Source of the DNA: Eledone cirrhosa
Taxonomy: Eukaryota
Length of the DNA stretch: 64,000 bases
Assembly (NCBI GenBank): GCA_964016885.1
Contig: OZ024741.1
Location: 55,242,001-55,306,000 of the forward strand
Reading direction: 5' to 3'
This document shows, piece by piece, positions 1 through 13,687 of the stretch. The notes below the pieces were generated by a model, which did not search any database, was not told the origin of the DNA, and saw only the letters and a program-made list of their open reading frames with translations. How positions within the stretch are numbered: position 1 is the stretch's first letter; every line of letters begins with the position of its first letter. A program made the translations under genes and the position numbers.

Positions 1-794
1 AAAAAAACAAAATAAAACCGTTTAATCAGATCCAAAAGACTTTTAAACAAACTTAAAAATCCATCAGAAGATGATGTGATTTAGTTTGTGTCAGATGAGA
101 AAAACTTTGACCAGGACCAGAAAACTAACAGAAGAAATGACAGGTGGCTATGTGCAGACCCTTCTGAGCTTCCAAGAGTAATGCATACAACATTTCCTGC
201 AAGTGTCATGGTTTTGGGTGTTGTTAACAATGAAGGACATGTGATGTCTCCTCAATTTTTTCCTCAAGGTCTTAGGGTGAATGCTGCTGCGTATATCGAG
301 GTTCTGGATAAAGTAGTTAAGCCTTGGATCAACAGTGTATGTAATGGAAGGCCTTATGTCTTTCAACAAGATTCTGCACCATCACACAAGGCTCAAATGA
401 CAAGAATTGATGGCCGTAAAATTGCATGATCACATTACCCCCAACATTTGGCCTCTTAATTCTCCAGATCTCAATCCACTGGAATACTATGTATGGAGCA
501 TTGTTGAGAAAAATCTCAATGAACACCCCCATAGCACCAAAGATTCTTTGAAAGCCGCCATAGTTCGAGTCTGTCCGATATGAACAAGGACCACTTAATC
601 CGAGCTTCTAAACGATTTCAACCACATGTAGAGGTAGTTATTGATGTTTATGGGGGTTTTATTGAATGAAATTATTAAATTGATAATTTAGCTTTATGTC
701 TATGTTATTTTTATAAGAATACTGTTTTTTTCTGTTATTATATAAGCGATTTGTTAAAACCATAAATCTGTCCTCAAATACCGTCCGCGCCCTG
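1..794 (+). mobile_element. Tc1/mariner (maT/DD37D-like) transposon, 3' part, decayed
   Basis: SDEKNF...QQDSAPSH in ORF 88-429; after a frameshift near 400 it continues QELMAVKLHDHITPNIWPLNSPDLNPLEYYVWSIVE, giving about 37 residues between the 2nd and 3rd catalytic positions. Ends ...CCCTG followed by TA at 795-796. Confidence 0.85.
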
Positions 795-1180
795 TATATG
801 TATGAGTGTCCGTGTGTACATGTGGGGACGTGTGCATGTGTGTGTATGTGTGCATATGTCGGTCTGCAAATGAGTGGGTGTGTATGTGTGAGTGTATGAG
901 TATGCATGTGCACATTCACATGAGTGTGAGCATGTGTGCGTGAGCATGTATGTGTGTGCATGTGTTTATGAATATGTATGTGTGTGTGTGTACGTGAGCA
1001 TGAATATGTGTGTGTGAGCATGTGTGTGTGAGCATGTATGTGTGTGCCTGTGTGTATGAATATGTATGTGTATGCATGTGTACGGGAGAATGAATATGTG
1101 TGTGTGTATGAGAGCATCTGTGCGTGAGCATGTATATGTGTGCATGTGGGTGTATGCGTGCGTGTTTGTGTATGTGTGTT
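795..1180. repeat. Degenerate (TG)n/(TGTA)n simple repeat
   Basis: Direct inspection; explains the HT-rich ORFs here. Confidence 0.9.
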
Positions 1181-2432
1181 AGAGAAGGTAGCAATTAGCA
1201 GAAAGTTCAATGCCACGTAGATAAACAAACAGACAGACAGTGAAACAGCTCAATCTCCCAATCACAACAGCAAGTTATCGTTGTTAACATCGTAGTAGTA
1301 AAATAATTGCTATTACCTTTCACGACGCCAATTTTTATTTATTACAAGTCTCCTTTTCTCGGCAGCAATGCCGCCTACCTATACCAACATTTTTTTTGTA
1401 AAAACCACACGGGGTCCCGATAATACATTCTTGCTTATATACTGTGAAACTGTCCATTCTTCGGTCTCAGTTCTGAGCGTGCATTAATGTAATTGAGTCA
1501 GAGAAAATGTTTACACCTTCACACAAGACTAGCAATTTATATTAATTTCCTTTCGTTATCGTTAATTTAAAAATAAAAGGATATGGGAATACGCATGCGC
1601 ATGCATTTGTGATAATGTAAGGATGGTGCTAAGTATGCATATGTATTTATCTATTTCTTATGGTTGTATGTATATTTGTATGTATGTATGTATCTATGTA
1701 TTATGTGTAAGCGTGTAAGTGTGTATATATGTATGCAGGGGTTGGGTGGAACAAGAGCGATGGGGTTGGAAAAAATCTTTAACATTATAAGCGGTGGGGG
1801 AAACTATTCGAGACCCGAGAGTAGGTAAATAAAATAGCTAAATAGTAAGGAGTGAAACACCATTTCGGTTACATTTTCCTTCGCCATGTTTAGCTAAGGC
1901 AGGCAATCTCATGAATCGGATCCAGCCCTCGAGTTGAAGTCATCCATAATTACTAGCTTATCAGCAGCTCACATATTTCTCACTAATTCTCCAAGTTCGT
2001 TGTAGAATTATTCAATAGATTATTCTATTTGTGACATTGTAGGAGTATAAACACTAATTATTGTAAGGTATCTTCCTTTTTTCAGATGCAGATGACATGA
2101 TATAACATGTTCTGGGGAACCACTCGGATAATTTTCAAGAGATGAAATGAGAGAGTTTCTAACAGCCTAACTAACACCTGATTCTCTCATTTGACCTTCT
2201 GCTACAACTTTCCAAAAGAAAGTGTTTCTATATTTTCATTGAGCTAACCATTCCCATGTAGTTGTGTTTCAGAGAAAGAGATACTATATATAATGAATAT
2301 TTTTTCAACTCATGAGTGATCAACACCGTTCGTCTCCCTTGGTTTGAATCAAATTGTCGTTAACTAAAGTACACACATTCCAACAAGGTAAGTTTCATAG
2401 TGTGTTTAACCATTTTGTGTTGTCGATATAAG

Positions 2433-2540
2433 AAATTGTGGTAAGAAACCAGGTGGACCATAACGCACCAGAGTACTCAATATTTAGGGTAGTAGAGTGG
2501 GTAATAGGAAAAGAGCCCGATCGTTTCGACAGCTAGATTC
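2433..2540 (-). mobile_element. Penelope-like pseudo-LTR fragment with 3' half of a hammerhead
   Basis: Near-identical to 43656-43735 (gaattgtggtaag.aaccag.tggaccataacgcaccagagtactcaata.ttagggtagtagagtgggtaataggaaaa). Minus strand has CGAAACGAUCG, a GAA plus palindromic stem III. Confidence 0.55.
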
Positions 2541-2578
2541 GAACACACACACACATATATATATATAGAGAGAGAGAG

Positions 2579-2866
2579 AAATAGGATTTCGCTTCAAGCA
2601 TAGCGTTTCTAAAGAAACACGGTTTTAGGAAGCCGTAGCTATGCAAACCCCGGGGCTAACACCCTCTAGTGGTGTCCAGCAGAAGCAAGGGGAACAACCG
2701 TCTCTGAATTTCAGGCTTGACAGGCCTTCTTCAGGACGGTCCCTCCCACCCTTGCAACTGCTGGACTTGAAAACAGTCGAGAATATATAGTTTTCTCGTC
2801 TGTGTAAATGAGGTGATTAATCTCATTTGCATATGAAGCTGCATAAGTTGGCTCAACTTATAATAA
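2579..2866 (-). mobile_element. Diverged monomer of the 318-bp hammerhead repeat (retrozyme-like)
   Basis: Colinear with 15103-15420. Abuts (GA)n on the left and (TA)n on the right. Confidence 0.85.
2674..2766 (-). ncRNA. Type I hammerhead ribozyme, probably inactivated
   Basis: ACCGUC-CUGAAGA-AGGC(CUGUCAA)GCCU-GAAAUUCAGA-GACGGU with extended stem I (GUCCAGCAG/CUGCUGGAC). U16.1 is replaced by G relative to the 15.2 kb copy. Confidence 0.75.
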
Positions 2867-2885
2867 TATATATATATGTATATTG

Positions 2886-3135
<250 letters not shown>

Positions 3136-3265
3136 ACTTTTTTTCTATAATCAGCAAAGTAATCTATGATACATTTAAAAAAGACGATATTATATATAAA
3201 CTGCATTACGGTGAAATGTAATGCAAGGATTCAATCATTATTAAACTAGTGATATTATTATTCAA

Positions 3266-3449
3266 GGCGGTGGATTGGCAGTATCGGTGGAGGGTCGGAC
3301 ACCATGCTTTGGAGTATAGTTACCTCCCTTTATGATCTGAGTTCAAATCCCGCCGAGGTTAACTTTGCCTTTCATCCTTACGGGGTCGATAAAATAAAGT
3401 ACCAGTAATGTACTGGGTAATTGCTGGCCTTGTGCCAAATGTAGAAACA
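3266..3449 (+). mobile_element. tRNA-derived Nin/Deu-domain SINE
   Basis: A-box-like TTGGCAGTATCGG, B-box GAGTTCAAATCC, core GCCTTTCATCCTTACGGGGTCGATAAAATAAAGTACC. 12-bp TSD ATTATTATTCAA at 3254-3265 and 3450-3461. Confidence 0.9.
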
Positions 3450-3739
3450 ATTATTATTCAAAGAGTACTCGATACTTGGGATAGTAGTATGTCTCTGAAT
3501 TAATGGAACTATTTCACTTGTACAGTTTGTGTCAAAATCTGCCTGTCAGAAGATGGACTTCAATCTCACATGAGAACACACAATTGGACGCTTGTTAGTG
3601 ATTATAGAACCTACCAGCTCGTCCTTACCAATATCACATATGTCGCAAGATCTGTAAATCTCAAGGAGGTCTAAAGAGACATTTCAAAGTTCATGAAGCT
3701 CTGACAACACAAGTTCACGCTGCAATTTATGTGGACGGC

Positions 3740-3806
<67 letters not shown>

Positions 3807-3841
3807 ATATAAGATCAAAAGATGGTTAAAAGAGTTCCAAT

Positions 3842-3912
3842 TATTTTATTATGCACATTTCTAAAACAAATATCATCATGGGATGATATCTGCGTTCTCA
3901 TCAGATAAAATA
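3842..3912 (-). ncRNA. Type I hammerhead ribozyme (PLE type)
   Basis: UAUUUUAU-CUGAUGA-[GAACG CAGAUAUCAUC ccau GAUGAUAUUUG UUUUA]-GAA-AUGUGCAU-A-AUAAAAUA. 8-bp stem I; base of stem II imperfect. Confidence 0.8.
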
Positions 3913-5076
3913 GGGATACATGATATGAAGCTTAAAAAACACTTGTGAATAGTGAAGTTTTAAATCAACATATGAAAAATAATTTAAGATTTATGTATGA
4001 GATTGGGAAAAAGTGAGGGGGGTTGGAAAAGGTAAGGAAGAGGGGGAGATGAGAGTAAAGAATGTTGGAGGAGGAGTATAAGAAGGAAGGATGAGAGAGG
4101 AGGAGAGATGGGTGATAGAGAGAGAGAGATAGCCTTTACAACTGAGAGAAAAATATATATTGTCTCACAGAAAGAAGTTAAAAAGCCGTTGGAAGATAAT
4201 AGATAATTTAAAAGAATTTGAAATTAAAAGTTAAAGAGGTTTATACATGAAGAGAAAAAGGAATTAAGAATAATATTAAATTAAGGTTTGTATATTGAAG
4301 GGTTTAATAATATGCGCGAGGAAAAGAAATTATTAATATGTATTATTAAAATAAAAATATTAATGTTATTAAGGATATAATGTGAAAAGAAGGAGCAGAA
4401 TGAATGAGTTATGAATTTAGAGGAATTAGTTAGGGTTTAAATTTGTTTTTATGTAATGTAATATGTGTGCGTAATATGTGTACGTAAATAGTTTGTTTAA
4501 AAATGAGCGCAGAAGGCAAAGAAGAAAAGAATGTTTAAGGAAGAAAATATCTAACATCAAAAAGTATATATGTTTACGAAATATTTTCAAATGGTAATAA
4601 TATAATATATTAAAAGAAATTAGTTAGGGTTTAAGTTTGTTTTTATGTATTGTAATATGTAAAAGTCAAATGAGCATGAAATGATGAGATAAGAGAAATT
4701 TAAGGAAGAAAAATCTAACGTAAAAAAAAATGTTTATGTTTACGAAGGACTATTAAAGGTAATACTATAATGTATTTTTTTTAAAATAATTTTTATGGCC
4801 AATGATATGAGGAAAGATGGAAGAATGGATAATGTTGTGGTGAGTAATAATAAGAATTCAGAAGTAGTTAGGAAGAAAAAGTACAGATTAGAGGTTAGAA
4901 ATTAAAAAGAAAAGAGGAAGAAAGGAAAGTGATAAAGAGGAATGATATAGAATGAGTAACTTGTATTATATAATATATAATAAATAATATTGAAATAAGG
5001 TAGAAAGATGGGTATATTTTTAAAAGATATATAAGCGTTTGAGAAAAAGGATTTTAAATTAGTAAGGTATTAGATA

Positions 5077-5330
5077 TTAGCTGTATACTTTATGGAATGT
5101 TCTGTGTAATTTATGCAAGCAGAGAGAAAATAAATCCGTGCGTCTATTTATTATAGAATTGAAATTAGATATAATGGTAAATTTCTCAGCTAGACAAAGA
5201 TTACCTGTTCCGGATAGGGAGGCATTCAAGTAGGGAGAGGCAGAACAAACTTTTCTCCAAGAGATGTTATAGTTAATATTTTTGTCTTTCAAGGACCATA
5301 TGAGTTCTGAGAGTACAGACCATATACCTC
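5077..5330 (-). pseudogene. Penelope GIY-YIG endonuclease C-terminal remnant
   Basis: LSELIWSLKDKNINYNISW...ASPY...NLCLAEKFTII...INRRTDLFSLCLHK matches the PLE pattern LSxxIWxLKD..W..CxLCLxEK..LNKRxE..CxH. Confidence 0.75.
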
Positions 5331-5786
5331 CGGCTAGAGCAATACAATAACTAAATTAAGTTAGTGGGATAAAAAGAGTTGGGTGGAGAAAGAGAGACAG
5401 GTAAACAAACACGAATGGTGAGGCAACGTAAAGAGAGGAAAAAATGAGAAAATCAAGTCAATGATTCATTTTGAACATAAGAACGTGCGAATATATATAT
5501 ATATATTTCTGTGGAAGAAATCAGGTGTGCTCCGACCTGAATAATAAGTGGGCTTCATATGCCTTGTTTATCAACGGCTTCCCTACACCTCCAACAGGAA
5601 TTATGGGTCTGTGTATACATATGTATACGTATGCGTATGTATTTCTGACTGTGTAGGTATGTAGCTGAGTAAGTAGATATGTTTTTCGATTTTTGTAAGT
5701 ATGAATGTATTTATATATGTATGTTTGCGTACATATTCATATTCGTGACTAGTTATGCTTGTGCGCGTGTATAATATATATATATG

Positions 5787-5824
<38 letters not shown>

Positions 5825-6720
5825 CGCGAATGTGATTTTTCACTATGTATGTTTGAATGTATGCATATGTGTATGTATTTACGTATGTATATATGTATGT
5901 CTACATTTATGTTTGTTTATTAAGGTAGATATATACAGCAAACAATACATATGAATGTGTGCGTGCGTGTGCGCGTCTATGTGTGCGTGTGTGTATATGT
6001 GTCGATGTGAATATGCAGATATCTATAACTATCTCCCTATTTTCGAGCAATACAAACATCTATCTAACTGTCTATCTATCTACCTACCTGTCTATTGATG
6101 TGTCTATCTATTTATCTGTAATATGTATGCTTTTGTATGCGTCTACCAATCTGTCTACCTATCTATCAGTCGACCTATATGTCTGTAGCTCTATCTATCT
6201 ACATACCTGACTATCTATATGTATATCCTGACTATCTATCTGCCTATCTGTCTGTGTATCCAACAGCTAACTATTTATGTGTATTTACCAATGTATCTAT
6301 CTTCGACAAGAACAACACTAATAACAACCATAAAGCACAAATCTCAACAGCGGTCTAAAATCGATAGATATTTAAATAGAACAAAGTGATTGTAATTTAG
6401 TTGGTATGTTTGATAATGATTAAAGAAAATATGGAAGAAAATTATTGTAATTGATATATGCGGAATGTTGAGACGAGGCGACCGGACAACAGAGGGATCT
6501 TCAGAGGAAGAACTCCCATCAAGCAAATGTTTCGGCCCCTAATTCCTCCTCGAGCAGGAAACATGTAATTAGTGTAAATGTATGTAAAATAAAATACGGT
6601 GATCGCCGAATGACAAGAAAGAAAATGTCAATGAAAACTCTGGGATAAAATGTAGTAATTAAGTAATTATTAAATTAACTTTTTACTATAAACCCTTTTT
6701 ACTATATATATATATATATA

Positions 6721-7068
6721 ATTGTTTCTACTTTATTTCTACTTTTGGCACCAGGCCAGCAATTACCCCCAGTGCATTACTGGTGCTTTATTTTATCGAC
6801 CCCGTAAGGATGAAAGGCAAAGTTAACCTCGGTGGGATTTGAACTCAGACCGTTTAAATCCCGCCGAGTTAACTACTATATATATAATTGTTTCTACTTT
6901 TGGCACAAGGCCAGCAAATAACCAGTACATTACTGGTACTTTATTTTATCGACCCCGTAAGGATGAAAGGCAAAGTTAACCTCGGCGGGATTTGAACTCA
7001 GAACGTAAAAGGACGTAACTATGCTGGAAAGCATGTCCAACCCTCTGCCGATACTGCCAATTCACCAC
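6721..7068 (-). mobile_element. Two tandem Nin-domain SINEs (partial plus full); a third diverged copy near 7170-7335
   Basis: Reverse complement of the 3266 SINE, present twice. Confidence 0.9.
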
Positions 7069-7524
7069 CCTACTACTATATATATAATAAAAGGGTTTTA
7101 TGTGCCCATGCAGGCGCGGGCAGACACAGACACTCTTTCGACACTCACTCCCTTGATCCAGTGGAATATCCAGGATGTGACAACTGGAAGGATAGAGGGG
7201 TGCACTAGCACTGAGGTGGTGCTGTCTTTATAGACCCTCAGTGGATAAAAAGTAAGGTGAACTTCAATGAGTTTGAACTCAGAGAGCTGCTGGAACAAAT
7301 ATCCAACACTTTAAAGACTCTGCCAAATTAGCCGCCTTATATATATATATATGTATATCTCTGTGTGTGCGTGTGCCTGTGCGTGTGTGTGAATGTTTGT
7401 GTGTCTCATGTGATTTATCGAGGCGCGTGGATAATTTGAAATTTGAAATGTGGGAATCCAAACGTAGAAAATATCTGTATCAACAACCGATCGCTATAAA
7501 TAATAATTGCTTTAGATGATTATC

Positions 7525-9482
7525 TAAAGTAACATATGTTTTGTTCCCCGGTTCTAAGTGTCATTTCATGGTTTGTTATATCCCATTATTATTTTTAAAA
7601 AAACACTATTATTTAATCAGAAGTTTGCGTTTGTGGTTAGGAGTTTGATATTTCAAAATTTTCATATTTTTCAAGAAAAAACACATTTATTTTAAATTTA
7701 TCAGTTCATATAATTAAATCAACAGAGTATATATTTATTTTATTACACAAGCTTATCAAAAGCAAACAAGTAAAAACAAATAACACTTATAAATCAACTT
7801 ATACACGTCAGAAATGACTGGATTTCCTGGATTTGCGGTTGTAGTCCAGGTCGCATTCCTGCACTAGCCCCCAGATATAGTCCCCCATCATTTTTTCATT
7901 GTAGTGGCCCTGGTACCTCCGCTCTATCTCTTTCAGATCTTGATGGAATTGTTCGCCTTGTTCTTCTGAGTAGGCGCCCATATTGTCCTTGAATGTTTCC
8001 AGGTGAGCGTCCAGCATATGGAGTTTAAGCGACATCCTGCATCCCATGGCGCCAAAAGCCTTTATAAGATCCTGCACCAGTTGCTGGTAGTTTTCAGCTC
8101 TGTAGTTGCCCAGGAAGCCCTTAACAACTGCCTTAAAACAGTTCCATGCTGTTCTTTCAATCCTATTGAGCTTATTGGAGAACTCAAACACCTTCTTTGT
8201 TTGAGGTCCAACAAAAATTCCACCTTTGATTTTGGCCTCAGATAACTTGGAGAAGAACTCAAGAAGGTACTTAAAAGCGGCTGATTCTTGGTTGAGAGCC
8301 TTCACAAACTGCTTCATCAACCCCAACTTAATGTGCAGTGGCGGCATGAGTACAATCCTGGGATCAACCAGTGGCTCCCGCATGACGTTCCGGGTCCCAA
8401 CTACAAATTCTGTTCGCTGCTTCCAGTTCTTTCTTTTGTAGTGGTCAGAGATGGCTCTGCTGTCCCAAAGACAGAGGAAGCATTGGAATTTGATAAAGCT
8501 TCCTTGGAGTCCAAGCAGGAAAACCACCATCTTGAAGTCTCCAATGATTTCCCAATTGTACTGGTTGTATTGCAGAGCTTCCAAGAGGACTTTCACACTG
8601 TAGTAATCTTCCTTCAGGCAGACTGAATGAGATAGGGGCAGTGTCGGGAACTTGTTTCCATTGTGGAGGAGGACAACCTTCAAACTTGTGGTGGAGCTGT
8701 CTATAAATAGCCGCCACTCCTTGGGCACAAATGGCACCCCAATAACGTCAAACAGTCCAGTCACGTCATGGCAGAAGCAGAGGCCATCCCTAAGAGTTTA
8801 AACGGTTCGTGTCGACTTCTCTCACTTGTCACCTGCACTTCCTCCTTGACCAAATTCCACTGCTTCATCCTGGAGACGAATAGCTCTGCATTGGACTTAG
8901 TCAGACCCATATCCCTGACCAAATCATTGACTTCATTTTGGTTTGGGAAGTGAGGAACTTTTTCTGGCACCTCAGGCAGGTAATCCAAGTCCTCAGCATC
9001 CATCCCCTCCTCTTCATCAGAATACTTGTCTTGGACTTCATCTGGAGCAGAGGTGGCACTGGAACGGGAGATTTGGAGCAGTGAGGAATTGGAGCAATTG
9101 ATGATGGAAGATCTGGATAATCTACATCAGCAGCATTCTTTCCTTTCCGCCGCTTGCTAACATCCACCATGCAAAAAAAGCAGTTTTTAACAATTTTATA
9201 CTTTATTGCACTTTCATAATTTTCTTTAAGAATTACTCTTTATTTTATAATTTTAATTTAACCTGAAACATATATTAAAAAAATCATTTAACATAAGCAA
9301 ATTAAACTTACATACGACGTAAAATCCAGCATACAAATAATTCTAGTGAATAGCTTAGTATTTTTACAAACCCAAACTTGTAACTGTTTAATAGCACTTT
9401 TTTATTTATTTGGGACCTAAGCAACACAAAAAAAGTGATTACAAGCCAGGAACAGAGAAAAGGTTTTTTTTGTTACACAGTG
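7525..9482 (-). mobile_element. Chapaev3-like (CMC superfamily) DNA transposon, internally deleted
   Basis: 5' terminus CACTGTGTAACAAAA at 9482 and a degenerate TIR (gtaaca...ttgttcc.gg) near 7530 enclose the transposase. Confidence 0.7.
7808..9190 (-). pseudogene. Chapaev3-type transposase, frameshifted
   Basis: CFFC..YPDLPSSIAPIPH, NQNEVNDLVRDMGL, WRLFIDSS, GDFKMV, CFLCLWDSR, PPLHIKLGLMKQFVKAL, SLKLHMLDAH and SEEQGEQFHQD across ORFs 8901-9170, 8761-9003 and 7808-8764. N-terminus missing. Confidence 0.8.
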
Positions 9483-9644
9483 ATATTTTATCCGATTATA
9501 ATCGGATAAAATATCCCTAGGGACACAAAAAGTGGCCAGCAGCCACTATGGTGTTTGCATCCATATTTCCACATTTCATATATATATGCATATATATTAC
9601 ATGTGTGTGTGTGTGTGTGAGTGTGTGTGTGTGTGTGTGCGTGC

Positions 9645-9684
<40 letters not shown>

Positions 9685-10309
9685 CTGTGTCTGTGTCTGT
9701 ATGTGTGTCATTGTGTGCGCGTGTGTGTGTGTGTATGTGTGTGAAAATTGACATCATTCCTTACCTGGCTTTATCCTATGTGACCCCAAATCAAACCTAT
9801 CTTAATAAAGACCTGGAGGAAAAACCTATAGACATGCCAACTAAGGATTGTGCATGGGTATTTGTGTGAAATCTTAAGAACGGTGGCAATGTTGACAAGA
9901 AGCATACACTCTTTCAACGTTGTGAAAATCGCATTACACTAGGAGCTATAAAAACAGATAGCTAGAAAATATCTTTTGAACAAAAGAAATAGTGAAGCCA
10001 GGAAACTCCCAAGATGCGATAAAATGTCCATATGTCCATTATATTACATTTCTGGAGAATATATTACAAATGTAATTAACTACTGGCCCCCCAAAAAATT
10101 GTTATCATAATAGAACCTACCTGTGTGGAATGGCGTGGTTGTTACATAACATAGGAAATTATCTGTGGAAACGACTGTCTTGGGAAAAATAGAAAACGTA
10201 TTCCTGATATCAATTCTATTCATGTGTCTCAGCATAAGAAATTTTAGTGGAACATTTTCATTAATACCATCGCTTTGTACGTGGATGTGACAGCTGGAAG
10301 ATGAGAAGG

Positions 10310-11268
10310 CTGCACCGGCACTGGGCTGCACTACCACAGGGCCGTGCCAGTACAGTGATGCACCAGTACACACAGAGCCACACCAGTACACACACAGGGT
10401 CACACTAATACACACAGTGACACACCGACACACAGAGTCACACCGACACATACAGGGTCACACTAACACACACAGAGTCACACCAACACACACAGTGGCA
10501 CACCAGCACACACACAGACACACACAGGGTCACACTAACACACACAGTGACACACCAACACACACAGAGTCACACCGACACACACAGGGTCACACTAACA
10601 CACACAGAGTCACACCAACACACACAGTGGCACACCAGCACACACACAGACACACACAGGGTCACACTAACACACACAGTGACACACCAACACACACAGA
10701 GTCACACCGACACACACAGGGTCACACTAACACACACAGAGTCACACCAACACACACAGGGTCACACCAACACACACAGGGTCACACCAGTAGACACAAA
10801 GACGCACCAGTACACACACAGGTCACACCAACACACACAGAGTCACACCGACACACACAGGGTCACACTAACACACACAGGGTCACACCAACACACACAG
10901 GGTCACACCAACACACACAGGGTCACACCAACACACACAGAGTCACTCTAGCACACACACAGTGACACACCAGTACACACACAGAGCCGCACCAACACAC
11001 ACAGGGTCACACCAGTACACGCACAGAGTCGCACCAAAACACAGTTGCACCAACTCAGGTTTGCATAGCACAGGGTTGCACAAACAAAGGGCTACATCAG
11101 CATAGAGTTGCACCAGCACATGGATGCATCAACACAAGGCTGCACCAACACAGGGATGCACCAGCACAGGGTTACACAAGGCTGCACACCAGCACATGAC
11201 TGCACCATTTCATTGCTGCACACCAGCACAGGGCTGCACCAGTTCATGGCTGCACATCAGCACGGGGC
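10310..11268. repeat. Minisatellite of 16-20 bp units with a 132-bp higher-order repeat
   Basis: CACACACAGGGTCACACCAA units; the variant GTGGCACACCAG recurs at 10495 and 10627. Confidence 0.9.
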
Positions 11269-11955
11269 TAGTACTTTCTTTATCGACTTCGAAATGATGA
11301 AAGACAAAGTGAACCTTGGCGGGATTTGAACTCAGAACACAGAAAGAAATGTCCAACACTCTACTGATACTACTAAATTGACTGCCACTTCGCTAAATGC
11401 AGTAATAGATCGTTCTAACGAACTGTGCTGCTAGAGTTTGCTGTGGAAGCAAGCACTCGTTTTAGAGTCTTAGTTTTATTAACTAAGTCTTCTGAAATAA
11501 TTATTTCTAACATTGGTACAAGGCCAGAAAATTTGGGCGAATTGGAAAGCCAATTATATCGACCCCAATACTTAACTGATACTCTATTTTATAAACCCCA
11601 GAATAATGAAAGGCAAAGTAGCCCTCCGAGGGATTTGAACTCAGAACGTAAAATGTCATAACTAAATACAGTAAATCATTTTGTCCGAAGCTCTAACGAT
11701 ACTGCCAATTCACCACCATAAAGTTATTAAAATAATTGTTTCAGATTTAGGTACAAGGCCAGCAATTTTGAGGGGGAGGGGAAAGTCGATTAAATTGGGC
11801 CCAGTGATTTACTGGTACTTTATTTTATCGACCACGTAAGGATGAAACGCAAAGCTAGCCTGTGCAGGATTTGAACTCAGAATATAAAAGGTCGTAACCA
11901 AATGATTCAGAGCATTTTGTCCAGTGCTGAGATGATTCTGCCAATCCATGGCCTT
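11268..11955 (-). mobile_element. Three older Nin-domain SINE copies (about 11268-11390, 11500-11720, 11735-11955)
   Basis: Each has ttttatcgac...gatgaaaggcaaag...ggatttgaactcaga, with divergence. Confidence 0.85.
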
Positions 11956-12406
11956 TAACAACAGAAATAATAGCAACAATAGAATTAATGTGGTAAGTAC
12001 TTCAAACCACTCTTAGGATGTCTAACTTTCTACACCACCATTGCTCCCTCCTTAGCTCTCAATCACTTGGAACTAATACTACTTATAATTCCCGGTTTTC
12101 AGCAAAACAAGTCCCCACCGCACATATCCTCGTTCAACATCCTCAGTGATGCTTTCACACTTTCATTATCAGAGATAATATGAATGTAATGGATTTTTAG
12201 TGTCCAAGGGGGATTTCTCAGATAAATTCTGATTATGTTGCGTGTGATAGGTTGTGAAATATTCACAAGTACGTAAACACACAGGCTGCCTATACAATGT
12301 GTTTGCCTGCGTACAGGAGTGTGTGTGTATGTGTGTATGTAGGTGTGTGTCAGTGTGTGTGTATGTTTTCGCACCTATGTATATTTATGCGTGTATGTAC
12401 GTATGT

Positions 12407-12453
<47 letters not shown>

Positions 12454-12467
12454 TTTGTGTATGTGTG

Positions 12468-12555
<88 letters not shown>

Positions 12556-12560
12556 TTTGT

Positions 12561-12615
<55 letters not shown>

Positions 12616-13687
12616 TGTGTGTAACTAAATATGTCTACATTCTTATATACATGCATACATACATTCACATATACATACATGCATACATATCAATAAATGA
12701 TTTTTTTTAATGTTGTTAGCGACTTGTAGAATGGTTAAATACATAAATCCACCATACTTCTATTTTGTTTTTTAGTTGCTTCTTACGAACAAATAAAGGT
12801 GAAATATTTCTTTTGAAAACACTTAACTACGCTAGACTTATTATTTTTATTTGGCAATAACACAGTGCATGTTTGCAAATAATACGTTCATATGCAAATA
12901 AACAACACCATATGTGTAAAATGTTTTGAAAAAACTATATAAGCTATTAACCTTAGTCCCGAATGTGTAAATGCCAGTGACGATGATCATAAGTCCTGAA
13001 CACTAGTATCTGGTGTTCTCTCACGGCTGTGACATGACCACAGTTTAAAATACCCACAGCGGGACTTAAGTATGTTTTGCTATGCATAAATATATCATAT
13101 ATGCTTTCATAAACGCCACTGTTGTTTGTTTTTAATCTAACCTGATTTAGCTCGTGAGGCTTCATATCATGAGAAATAGAATGAAACTACTGTTTAATAA
13201 TTTTGTAAATAACTATTATGTTTTTTAATTAATGTGTTCCTGTAATATAGTATTCTTTCTTTTTTTTTAACAGGTTTACCAACTTAATAATATTTTGAAT
13301 TATTTAGAATACCATTCTACGACCTGGTCACTGATATTGTGACCAACATCCCTACTAACAATACTAACAACACCAACAATACCAACAATACTACTAGCAA
13401 CACCACCACAGCCAAAACCTCTTCTAGCAGTACCACCACTACCAACATGAACAATCCCTACATTACCATTTGCAACACTGCACTATCAACACCACACCAC
13501 CTACACTACTACAACACCAACAATAGAGACATCATCCCTACCAACACCACCGCTACCAATATCACTACTAACAAGCCCAACACCACCTTTACCAAACTAT
13601 CACTACCAATACCACTGCTACCAACATCAACATGACCACCGCTACCAATACCAGTACAAAAACATTTACGTCATACGAATGACAAAA

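Larger units (their letters stand above)
3810..5335 (-). mobile_element. Penelope-like element 3' remnant (endonuclease C-terminus, pyrimidine-rich UTR, hammerhead)
   Basis: PLE-type peptide at 5077-5330 and a hammerhead at 3842-3912 on the same strand; ends at a (TA)n tract. Confidence 0.7.

Noticed and set aside
2086-2387. Exon-like segment (ttttttcag ... AAG|GTAAGT)
   Set aside because: Stop codons in all three frames within the first few codons; a non-coding exon cannot be supported from sequence alone.
6485-6560. Hammerhead-like CCGAAAC and CUGAAGA boxes on the minus strand
   Set aside because: No consistent set of three stems could be built.
10417-10965. His/Thr-rich repeat protein, or CRISPR-like array
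   Set aside because: Minisatellite with no unique spacers, no cas genes, and a eukaryotic context.
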